In this document: in pieces, positions 28,253 through 36,755 of the stretch | How positions within the stretch are numbered: the stretch's first letter is position 1 | Layout of the letters: each line of letters starts with the position of its first letter | DNA from: Parcubacteria group bacterium | GTDB taxonomy: Bacteria > Patescibacteriota > Minisyncoccia > Moranbacterales > GCA-2747515 | DNA length: 64,000 nucleotides | NCBI GenBank assembly: GCA_041660065.1 | Contig: JBAZXC010000001.1 | Span: 8,535-72,534, forward strand | Direction: 5' to 3' | The notes under the pieces: model-generated | What the model was told of the DNA's origin: nothing | The model's input: only the letters and a program-made list of their open reading frames with translations | Databases searched by the model: none | Made by a program: the position numbers and the translations under genes

Positions 28253-29044
28253 ATGCATAAAGCACTAAAACAACACGAAAACTATAGGGAGTTGATCTGG
28301 ATGCTTGCCAAGACGGATTTCAAATTGCGTTATCAGGGATCAATGTTGGGGTATCTTTGGGCGTTATTAAAGCCGCTCCTCACTTTTGCAGTGTTGAATT
28401 TTGTTTTTTCTGCCGTGTTTAATCCGCGCAACGCAACGGGCGTGGATACATATTCTCTAGAATTACTTGTGGGACTTATGATGTTTTATTTTTTCTCTGA
28501 GGGAACAAGCGCAGGTCTTAGCTCGCTTGTGGCAAAATCACAATTGGTGACAAAAATTTATGTGCCACGATGGACGATCATTCTTGCGTCCACGATCAAT
28601 GCAACGATGATCTTTGCGATGAATTTATTGGTGATCGTCTTTTTCTTTACATTAAAGGGATTTATGCCGAGCATTGGTTCAATAGCATTATTTCTGGTCT
28701 TTGCAGTGTTTATCTATATCATTGTCTTATCATTTTCTCTGATTACGGCACCGCTCTACGTGAAATTTCGGGATCTCTCCATGATCTGGGAGGTGCTTCT
28801 CATGATCATCATGTATGCATCGCCGATCATTTATCCGCTTGTGACACTGCCGGCGCAATATCATCCATACATCCTCCTCAATCCACTGGCGTTTATCATT
28901 CATTTTACCAAAGAGTCGTTGATCCATGGACATTATGCCGATCCATATCAGTATATGATTTTTATTTTCATTGTTGCCGGAGGATTTGTGTTGAGTATTT
29001 TTTCATACAATAAATTTATTACAAATGTTGCGGAGGAGATGTAG
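28253..29044 (+). CDS. ABC-2 type polysaccharide exporter permease (Wzm/TagG-like)
   Basis: 263 aa, six TM helices, N-terminal WMLAKTDFKLRYQGSMLGYLWALLKP typical of Wzm. Confidence 0.8.
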   Translation: MHKALKQHENYRELIWMLAKTDFKLRYQGSMLGYLWALLKPLLTFAVLNFVFSAVFNPRNATGVDTYSLELLVGLMMFYFFSEGTSAGLSSLVAKSQLVTKIYVPRWTIILASTINATMIFAMNLLVIVFFFTLKGFMPSIGSIALFLVFAVFIYIIVLSFSLITAPLYVKFRDLSMIWEVLLMIIMYASPIIYPLVTLPAQYHPYILLNPLAFIIHFTKESLIHGHYADPYQYMIFIFIVAGGFVLSIFSYNKFITNVAEEM

Positions 29045-29049
29045 AGATC

Positions 29050-29172
29050 AATTAAAAAATTAACGGGTTAACGATTTTACGAATTGGGGGAATTAAGAAC
29101 TCCCCCTTTTGCAAAGGGGGTTGGGGGGATTGAGAACTCCCCCTTTTACAAAGGGGGTTGGGGGGATTTTTG
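29050..29172. repeat. TTAACG boxes (29050-29083) followed by two tandem G-rich variants of the GGGATTGAGAACTCCCCCTTTTACAAAGGGGGTTGGGGGGATT unit
   Basis: Units are related to 27434-27480, 28141-28190 and 31441-31487. Confidence 0.7.
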
Positions 29173-29256
29173 ATAATATTCAGAAAATCGTTTCATCATT
29201 GAAAAATTAGGATTTGATTCGAAATTTAAAATTCCTAATTCAAAATTAAATTTCTT

Positions 29257-30402
29257 ATGAAAATATTGATCACAAACAATGCATTGGCATCTCGATCGGG
29301 CAGTGAGCTGTATGTGCAGGAGCTTGCACAGCAGCTCGTTTTGCGTGGGCATGATGTTGCGGCGTTTAGCACGCAAGTTGGCGATTTGGCGCAGGTAATG
29401 ATGGCACAAGGTGTCGTGGTAGTGGACGATCTCGCCAAAATGCCATGGATGCCGGACATTATCCATGTGCAACATCATCTGGAGACGATGATCGCTTTGG
29501 CATATTTTCCACAAACGCCGGCAATCTATGTGTGCCATGGATGGAGACCGTGGCAGGAGACGCCACCATTGCATCCGCGGATCAGAGCGTATTTTGCCGT
29601 TGATATGAAGACACGTGACAAAGCGATCAATGAACATCATATTCCTGCTACACAGATCGAATTATTACATAACTTTGTTGATCTGGATCGTTTCGTTTTG
29701 TGTAGTCCATTGTCTGCAAAACCACGCAAAGCGCTTGTTTTTAGTAACTATGCATCCCAGGGAAAAATGCTTTTCTATATCCGTCATGCATGCAAAAAAG
29801 CAGGAATGTCATTGGATGTGATTGGCAGGTCATCCGGAAATCTTGCGGATAAGCCGGAGGAAATTCTCGGTAATTATGACATCGTTTTTGCTGCCGGTCG
29901 CAGTGCGCTTGAGGCAATGGCATCTGGAGCATCTGTGATCGTGTGTGGCGTATGGGGCATGGGTCCGCTGGTGACGCGTGATAATGTAGAGCAATTTCGT
30001 GATCAGAATTTTGGGTCCATGACAATAAATCACTCTGATTTAAGCATAGACACAATTTATCGTGAGATTTGCCATTATGATGCCAAGGATGCGGCGTTGG
30101 TCACACAATATTTGCGAGAGAGGATTGGAATCGATCAGACAGTTGACCGGCTGGAAAAGATCTACGAACACACGATAGAAGCATTTGAAAGTGTGCAATA
30201 TGATCCGTCAGAAGAGCATTTTGCGTATGCACAGTATATAAGGAATGTCGCAATATTTCTCAAAAAACGAGACGAACAATTGAATGAAATACATGACAGC
30301 ATTCAACAAAGAGAACAAAAAATGAAAGGGATACACAAATTGATCTTTTGGAAATGGTGTTGTGGTTGTGCGTGGTTAAAACGTAAAATATGTAAAATCT
30401 GA
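29257..30402 (+). CDS. glycosyltransferase (GT4-like, GT-B fold)
   Basis: N-terminal MKILITNNALASRSGSELYVQELAQQLVLRGHDV and central FAAGRSALEAMASGASVIV. Confidence 0.6.
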   Translation: MKILITNNALASRSGSELYVQELAQQLVLRGHDVAAFSTQVGDLAQVMMAQGVVVVDDLAKMPWMPDIIHVQHHLETMIALAYFPQTPAIYVCHGWRPWQETPPLHPRIRAYFAVDMKTRDKAINEHHIPATQIELLHNFVDLDRFVLCSPLSAKPRKALVFSNYASQGKMLFYIRHACKKAGMSLDVIGRSSGNLADKPEEILGNYDIVFAAGRSALEAMASGASVIVCGVWGMGPLVTRDNVEQFRDQNFGSMTINHSDLSIDTIYREICHYDAKDAALVTQYLRERIGIDQTVDRLEKIYEHTIEAFESVQYDPSEEHFAYAQYIRNVAIFLKKRDEQLNEIHDSIQQREQKMKGIHKLIFWKWCCGCAWLKRKICKI

Positions 30403-30405
30403 TTT

Positions 30406-31263
30406 ATGATGCCAAAAATAAGTATCATCATGCCGACATATAATCGCAAGTATTGTATCAAAAATGCGATTGATTCTCTTTTGGCGCAAACATATCAAGG
30501 TTTTGAACTTATTGTTGTTGATGATGGATCACGAGATGGAACAGACAGTTATGTGAAGAGTCTGTATAGTGATGAAGTAAAGAATGGAAAAATTAGATAT
30601 ATCAAATTACCTGAAAATAGAGGACAGTCATTTGCCAAAAATGAAGGTCTGAAGAAAGCGCAATATGATTGGATTGGCTATCTCGATACTGACAACAGGA
30701 TGCATCCGGATTTCTTGGAGATATTTATGGAGAGTATAGATCGATATCCGGATCGTCAAGTATTTTATGCGCAACACAGAAGAGTATATAGCAAATGTGT
30801 TGTTGGCTCACCATTTAATTTGGACCTATTAGTATCGGGAAATTATATTGATATGGGAGTATTTGTGCATTCCAAAACAGTGTATCACGATCTGGGAGGT
30901 TTTGATTTCTCTTTGCATTGCCTCGATGATTGGGATTTGATCATTCTTTATACGGAAAAATATCATCCGGTATTTATTGAAAAGGTTTTACTAGATTATT
31001 CTGATGATCCTAAAGCTTTACGAGCAACATCGATAGGAAATCATAAAAATGAATATAAAAAAATCATTCTCAAATATTATCAGCGGATCCCAGAGGCGGA
31101 TTTCATGAGTCGATATCAAAATTTGTTTGTAAAATATACTACAAAAGACAATACGACTAATGATTTGATTGAGACTATTTCTCATATGAAATCATCGAAA
31201 TTTTGGAAGTTGCGGGAAAGATATATGTCTTTCAAAAAAATGCTCAAAAAACGATTCATTTGA
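30406..31263 (+). CDS. glycosyltransferase, GT2 family, with a basic C-terminal tail shared with the downstream sulfotransferase
   Basis: ISIIMPTYNRKYCIKNAIDSLLAQTYQGFELIVVDDGSRDGT and DTDN. Tail IETISHMKSSKFWKLRERYM. Confidence 0.8.
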   Translation: MMPKISIIMPTYNRKYCIKNAIDSLLAQTYQGFELIVVDDGSRDGTDSYVKSLYSDEVKNGKIRYIKLPENRGQSFAKNEGLKKAQYDWIGYLDTDNRMHPDFLEIFMESIDRYPDRQVFYAQHRRVYSKCVVGSPFNLDLLVSGNYIDMGVFVHSKTVYHDLGGFDFSLHCLDDWDLIILYTEKYHPVFIEKVLLDYSDDPKALRATSIGNHKNEYKKIILKYYQRIPEADFMSRYQNLFVKYTTKDNTTNDLIETISHMKSSKFWKLRERYMSFKKMLKKRFI

Positions 31264-31374
31264 GAAATATTAGTGGATTATTAAGGAAAATCACATAAAA
31301 TGAAGGCACATCTGGGAAATTATGGGAAAATGGTATACAATTCACTAATGGATAAAATAGTGCTATCGCTGCGT

Positions 31375-31490
31375 ATCTCTCCCTTTTGCAAAGGGAGCTG
31401 CCTGCCCGCAGTGCTTTTGCACATGCCGTGCGGGCGGGGAGGGATTGGGAACTCTCCCTTTTACAAAGGGAGTTGGAGGGATTTTAAAAT
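31375..31490. repeat. intergenic repeat copy (CTGCCCGCAG..GCGGGCGGGG palindrome plus GGGATTGGGAACTCTCCCTTTTACAAAGGGAGTTGGAGGGATTTT) between the GT2 and the Wzt gene
   Basis: Same units as at 27392-27480. Listed ORF 31300..31506 is a translation of this repeat. Confidence 0.75.
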
Positions 31491-31519
31491 CATTTATACT
31501 CGTTAAGAAACTACAACAT

Positions 31520-32353
31520 ATGTCAGATATTGCCATTAAAGTTAAAGATATTTCCAAAACCTTTCGTATTCCGCACGAAAAGATCACATCTCTTCGCGGT
31601 GCGGCGATTTCCGCATTCAAAAAAAAGACCTACGAAGAATTTAAGGCGTTGGATGGTGTTTCTTTTGAGGTGAAAAAAGGAGAATTTTTTGGCATTATTG
31701 GCAGAAATGGCAGTGGCAAATCAACTTTTCTCAAGATTCTTGCGAGTATTTATAAGCCGGACAAAGGAAAATTAAAAATAGATGGCATGATCTCGCCATT
31801 TCTTGAATTGGGCATAGGATTTAATCCAGAGTTATCAGGAAGGGATAATGTCTATCTCAATGCCACGGTTCTCGGCATGACCAAAAAACAGATCGATGAA
31901 AAATTTGATGATATTATCAAATTTTCTGAGCTGGAGCGATTTGTTGATCAAAAACTCAAAAATTACTCCTCTGGCATGAGTGTACGCTTGGCATTTTCTG
32001 TATCGATCCACGCAAATAGAGATATCCTCCTCATGGATGAAGTATTGGCTGTGGGAGATGCAAATTTTCAGAAAAAATGTATCGATATATTTAAAGATTA
32101 TCACGCGAAAGGAAAGACGGTTATTTTGGTTACGCATGACATTAGTTCAGTGCGAAGATATTGCAGTCGAGCACTTCTTCTTCATGATGGAAAAATCGTG
32201 AAGATCGGTGATGTGAATGATGTGTGTGATGCATATATCATAAAAAATGTGACAGCTGATGCAAGAAAGGAATTATTGGAAAATGAAAAAATGCAAAAAA
32301 TTGAGGATGAGCGAGAAGCAGAATTGAGTTCTAAGAATAAAAAACAATCTTAA
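31520..32353 (+). CDS. ABC transporter ATP-binding protein of the polysaccharide exporter (Wzt/TagH-like), lacking a C-terminal carbohydrate-binding extension
   Basis: GRNGSGKST (Walker A), LSGGMSVRLAFS (signature), ILLMDEVLAVGD (Walker B). ATG at 31520, after the repeat. Confidence 0.85.
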   Translation: MSDIAIKVKDISKTFRIPHEKITSLRGAAISAFKKKTYEEFKALDGVSFEVKKGEFFGIIGRNGSGKSTFLKILASIYKPDKGKLKIDGMISPFLELGIGFNPELSGRDNVYLNATVLGMTKKQIDEKFDDIIKFSELERFVDQKLKNYSSGMSVRLAFSVSIHANRDILLMDEVLAVGDANFQKKCIDIFKDYHAKGKTVILVTHDISSVRRYCSRALLLHDGKIVKIGDVNDVCDAYIIKNVTADARKELLENEKMQKIEDEREAELSSKNKKQS

Positions 32354-32444
32354 AGAGCTGAGGAGCGTGTAGCGTTTATTCGTCCAAAGTAATTGGTTGG
32401 AGATTCTTTGTAATCGATCAATAAAATTAAAAATACTGTTGAAC

Positions 32445-33755
32445 ATGAATAAAAAAAATAATAACGGTTTGGTGATTTGGCTGACCGGGTTGCCATGTAG
32501 CGGAAAAACGACCTTGGCAAAAGAAATTGAAAAATACTTCATAAAAAGAGAAATGCCGGTTCAGCGATTGGATGGTGATGTTGTGCGAGAAACGATCAAT
32601 AAAGATCTCAGCTATAACAAAGCGGATCGGGACAAAAATATTGAGAGAGTGGCACATGCGATACAAAAAATTTCTGACGATGGGATCAACGTTGTATCGG
32701 CTTTTGTGTCGCCGTATCAGAGGATGCGAGACTTCACGCGTTCTTTGTGCAAAAATTACGTTGAAATATATGTAAAGTGCAGTATAGAAGAATGTATGAG
32801 GCGGGACACGAAAGGTATGTATAAAAAAGCGATCAACGGAGAAATTAAAGATTTCACAGGGGTGCAGGATCCTTTCGAAATTCCACAAAATCCTGATATT
32901 GTGGTCGATACTGAGAATGAAACAGTGGAAGAGAATTTTAAAAAAATTATTGAATATATAGAAAAAACATCTGTCATTGATGTTGATGAAGTTATAAAAA
33001 TTGTGAGAGACGCCGGTGCTATAGTGATGCGTTTTTATGATGTGGAGTATTCTATAGAAGAAAAAGAAAATAAATCACCGGTCACAGATGCGGATATGGC
33101 CAGTCATGATTTTCTTGTGAAAAAATTATCTAAATATGGATATCCTGTTCTTAGTGAAGAAGGTGATCATAATTTTATGCAAAGAAAAAACTCCAAGTAT
33201 GTGTGGATCATTGATCCGCTTGATGGCACAATGGAATTTATCAAAAAAACGAAAGAATTCTCTCTCATGATCGGCTTGGCAGATAAAGAAGGGGAGTCAA
33301 TTTTTGGCATAGTATATGCTCCGGCTCTGGATGAACTATATTTTGCTCAGAAGGGCGGGGGAGCATATATGACCAAAAATGACCAAAAAGTAAAATTGCA
33401 TGTCAGTGATAAGGGAATAAAAAACGGTAAGATTTTGGTCAGCAGAAATCATTTGGGAGAATTTGAGCAAAAATTTGCTCGGAAAAATAACATGCAGCAA
33501 GTCCCGATGGGTTCAGCAGGATTAAAGATATGCCGTATTGCCAGAGGTGATGCCGAGTTGTATATCAACTCAAGTGATAAAAGTGGTATGTGGGATATTT
33601 GTGCAGCTGATGTTATTTTAAAGGAGGCGGGAGGTAAGTTAACTGATATGAATGAGAAAAAGATCTTTCACAATGTAGAGAATGTTTTTTTGATGGAGGG
33701 ATATGTCGTTTCAAATAATTGTTTCGATATTCATAATAAATTGTCTGATGAATGA
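32445..33755 (+). CDS. bifunctional adenylyl-sulfate kinase (CysC) / 3'(2'),5'-bisphosphate nucleotidase (CysQ-like inositol-monophosphatase fold) fusion
   Basis: N-terminal half: GLVIWLTGLPCSGKTTLA, LDGDVVRETINKDL, SAFVSPYQRMRD (APS kinase). C-terminal half: WIIDPLDGT, WDICAADVIL (IMPase/CysQ motifs). Confidence 0.8.
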   Translation: MNKKNNNGLVIWLTGLPCSGKTTLAKEIEKYFIKREMPVQRLDGDVVRETINKDLSYNKADRDKNIERVAHAIQKISDDGINVVSAFVSPYQRMRDFTRSLCKNYVEIYVKCSIEECMRRDTKGMYKKAINGEIKDFTGVQDPFEIPQNPDIVVDTENETVEENFKKIIEYIEKTSVIDVDEVIKIVRDAGAIVMRFYDVEYSIEEKENKSPVTDADMASHDFLVKKLSKYGYPVLSEEGDHNFMQRKNSKYVWIIDPLDGTMEFIKKTKEFSLMIGLADKEGESIFGIVYAPALDELYFAQKGGGAYMTKNDQKVKLHVSDKGIKNGKILVSRNHLGEFEQKFARKNNMQQVPMGSAGLKICRIARGDAELYINSSDKSGMWDICAADVILKEAGGKLTDMNEKKIFHNVENVFLMEGYVVSNNCFDIHNKLSDE

Positions 33756-34692
33756 TAAAAAAGTAATATGTGTGTTAGGGATGCATAGAAGCGGAACGTC
33801 AATGGTTACGCGCATTTTGAATATTTGTGGAGCATGTGTTGGTCCTGAGGAGGAGCTTTTGGGATCTGGAGATGGTAATGATTGCGGGCATTGGGAAAAT
33901 CGTGAGATTTTAAAGATCAATGACGACATTCTAAGTATTTTTGGCGGCGCATGGAATGATCCTCCAAATTTTCCGTATAATTGGGAGGAGGATCCTCGTC
34001 TCGATCATCTTTATGAAGAAGCCAATATATTTGTGAAAAAGATGAATGCGATGGATAAAATATGGGCTTTTAAAGATCCACGCACCTGTTTGACACTTCC
34101 TTTTTGGAAAAAAATTATTCCCCATATGCTCTTTGTGATTCCTGTGCGAGACTCTATGGAGGTGGCAATGTCTCTAAGTAAAAGAGATAAATCCTCAATT
34201 GAAAGCGGTCTTTTCTTGTGGAAAAAATATTGGATGAGTATTTTGAAAAATACAAAAGGCGAAAATAGAATTTTTACAATTCAAAAGAACTACTTTGCTG
34301 ATTGGAAAAAAGAACTTCAAAATGTTATAGATTTTATTGATTCCGTTGATATTGATATTATTGGAAACGAAAAGGAAATTAAAAATTTTATTTCCCCAAA
34401 GTTAAACAACAATAAGATTGTGGTAAGTAACATTCCCGATGAATTAAATGGTGAAAATATAACAAAGTACATATTGGATGAGGTTAGTGATATCTTTGAC
34501 AAAATTGATGGTAAGATATTTTCCGAAATTCAAGAAAAAGGCCAAAAAATAACGGATTTATCCAATGAAATAGAAACCATGAAAGCATCAAAATTTTGGA
34601 AATTACGTGATCAATATATGCGTATAAAAAATAGTGTAAAATTCGCGCTACTTTCTTTTAGAAAATTTATTAAGAAATATTTAAAGATTTGA
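33748..34692 (+). CDS. sulfotransferase-family protein (PAPS-dependent, Sulfotransfer_3-like)
   Basis: VICVLGMHRSGTSMVTRIL (5'-PSB P-loop-like motif). Start overlaps the upstream stop (ATGAATGA). C-terminal tail IETMKASKFWKLRDQYM...FRKFIKKYLKI. Confidence 0.6.
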   Translation: MNDKKVICVLGMHRSGTSMVTRILNICGACVGPEEELLGSGDGNDCGHWENREILKINDDILSIFGGAWNDPPNFPYNWEEDPRLDHLYEEANIFVKKMNAMDKIWAFKDPRTCLTLPFWKKIIPHMLFVIPVRDSMEVAMSLSKRDKSSIESGLFLWKKYWMSILKNTKGENRIFTIQKNYFADWKKELQNVIDFIDSVDIDIIGNEKEIKNFISPKLNNNKIVVSNIPDELNGENITKYILDEVSDIFDKIDGKIFSEIQEKGQKITDLSNEIETMKASKFWKLRDQYMRIKNSVKFALLSFRKFIKKYLKI

Positions 34693-34694
34693 TC

Positions 34695-36755
34695 ATGTCA
34701 AGAGTTATTGTATCTATTCCACTATATAAAGACACAATGAGTGAGTTCGAAAGGATCTCACTGGTTCAATGTTGCAAGATCTTGCATGAGCACGATTTTT
34801 CTCTTGTTTGTCCACATGATCTAAGTATTGGGGCATACACAAGCATACTGGATTCTTACAGTATTGTTTATAAGATTGGAAGATTTTCCAATGAATATTT
34901 TGAAAGTGTGGGGAAATACAATCGCTTGATGATGGATAGTGATTTTTATAAAAAGTATACAGACTACGATTTTATGCTTGTGTATCAGCTAGACGCGTAT
35001 GTTTTTAGAGATGAACTCGCATATTGGTGTAAAAAGAATTTTGATTATATTGGTGCGCCGTGGTTTGAAGGATTCAGCCTGAGCAATGACAAGTCCAGAT
35101 TATTGGATGTGGCAGGAAATGGTGGTTTTTCTTTGAGGAAAGTTAGAAGTTTTATCAATATTCTCAATCATGAGAATGATGTGGAGATGATCATAAAACA
35201 ATATATGGATGGCAGCCAAAATGAAGATGTATTTTTTAGCAGATATGCAAGGGAGATTGATAAAAAGTTTAAAGTTGCTCCTCCGCATGACGCGATGTTT
35301 TTTTCGTTTGAATGTCAGCCACGCAGATTATATAAAATGATGAAAAATAAATTGCCATTTGGGTGTCATGGGTGGGAAAGATATGATTTTGATTTTTGGG
35401 AAAAATATATTGATTTGATGGGTGTAGACTTTAAAAGGGAAAATAAATTGAATTTGAAAAAATTATCAAAAATGCGCAGTGCCTTGGATTGTAAAGTTGG
35501 TGAATATGAAAGCGTGTATCATAGGATGATTACTGCTGAGAAAGAACTGCGTAGTATAAAAGAGGAGGGCGTCCCTTTAAAAGACGATCTAAAGAAGATA
35601 AAAAATGACTTCAACCAGAAGTTCGCGATGGAGGCACAGAAAGTCAATAAAGTTCTTTTTCCAAATGGAACCTTGAGAAAAAAAGTTGTAATTTTTTTTA
35701 TATATAGAATGAAAGGATTTTTGTGGTCAATATTAAAATTCAAGACCTCTATGCCTTTGAAATCAGATAATGATATACATAGCAATACATTTTTACATGA
35801 GAATCCATTGGTAACGGTAGTTACAATCACTTTCAATCTCATGCAAGCCGGCCGAGAGAAATATTTTCGTCAATGTGTCAAATCAGTTCATGATCAGACA
35901 TATAAAAACATTGAACATATCATTATCGATGGTGCATCAAAAGATGGAACAGTTGAATTGATTAGAGAATTTGCTGATAAGGGGTGGGTTAAATATGTAT
36001 CAGAGCCTGATAATGGAATATATGATGCGATGAATAAGGGCATTTTGCTTGCCAAAGGTAAATATGTGGTATTCTTAAATTCTGATGATTATTGGCATGG
36101 GATAGACGGGGTTATGGAGTCGGTAAAGATATTGGAGGAGAATGGAGCGGATTTTTCTTATGCTCCGGCCAGAATAGAAAAAGAAAACGGGCGTCCGTAT
36201 AAGGGTAATCATCCATATCGCATGCCTAAAATTTCACACGTTTTTTTCTCAATGCCGTTTTGTCATCAAACCATGTTCACCAAGAAGGATATTTTATTGA
36301 AAGAAGCGCTATTCGATACGCGCTTCAGAAGTGCAGGTGATTATGACTTGATTCTAAGAATTTGCCTCAAAGGGTATAAAAGTATTTTGGTGGATAATGA
36401 GTTTACAACATTTCGATTGGGTGGATTTTCAGGAACTAATGCACAGGAAGGATTGAATGAAGTTTCTAATTCTTACTTTAATCATTTAAACAGACTAGTG
36501 AAAATATCAGAAGAAGATTGTGAAAAAATATTTGGAAATTATTTTAGCGGGATACCAAAAGAGTTGGCTCAAGAGTTAAAAAAATATGAACCCTATTTTG
36601 ACTTCAGAGAATATGAAAATAGTTTTAAGATGAGAAATAGGATAAAGCGGATGATAAAAATCTTATCAAACAAAATGTGCTTTACTATTTTTTCTCCCAG
36701 AAAATTTGTAAAGAAATATGTAATAAAGTTAAGAAAACGAAATGAAAAAAACTAA
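34695..36755 (+). CDS. two-domain glycosyltransferase: N-terminal nucleotide-sugar transferase-like domain, coiled-coil linker, C-terminal GT2 domain
   Basis: N-terminal DAYVFRDEL...IGAPW...GNGGFSLRKV. C-terminal VTVVTITFNL...IIIDGASKDGT...FLNSDD. Ends in a basic tail SPRKFVKKYVIKLRK. Confidence 0.65.
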   Translation: MSRVIVSIPLYKDTMSEFERISLVQCCKILHEHDFSLVCPHDLSIGAYTSILDSYSIVYKIGRFSNEYFESVGKYNRLMMDSDFYKKYTDYDFMLVYQLDAYVFRDELAYWCKKNFDYIGAPWFEGFSLSNDKSRLLDVAGNGGFSLRKVRSFINILNHENDVEMIIKQYMDGSQNEDVFFSRYAREIDKKFKVAPPHDAMFFSFECQPRRLYKMMKNKLPFGCHGWERYDFDFWEKYIDLMGVDFKRENKLNLKKLSKMRSALDCKVGEYESVYHRMITAEKELRSIKEEGVPLKDDLKKIKNDFNQKFAMEAQKVNKVLFPNGTLRKKVVIFFIYRMKGFLWSILKFKTSMPLKSDNDIHSNTFLHENPLVTVVTITFNLMQAGREKYFRQCVKSVHDQTYKNIEHIIIDGASKDGTVELIREFADKGWVKYVSEPDNGIYDAMNKGILLAKGKYVVFLNSDDYWHGIDGVMESVKILEENGADFSYAPARIEKENGRPYKGNHPYRMPKISHVFFSMPFCHQTMFTKKDILLKEALFDTRFRSAGDYDLILRICLKGYKSILVDNEFTTFRLGGFSGTNAQEGLNEVSNSYFNHLNRLVKISEEDCEKIFGNYFSGIPKELAQELKKYEPYFDFREYENSFKMRNRIKRMIKILSNKMCFTIFSPRKFVKKYVIKLRKRNEKN

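Noticed and set aside
31300-31506. Listed 68-aa ORF (and the 27-aa N-terminal extension MHVQCRRGGIGNSPF... of ORF 27411..27854)
   Set aside because: Both are translations straight through the GGGATTGGGAACTCTCCCTTT...GGAGGGATT repeat, which is why the same peptide appears twice. They are not independent genes.
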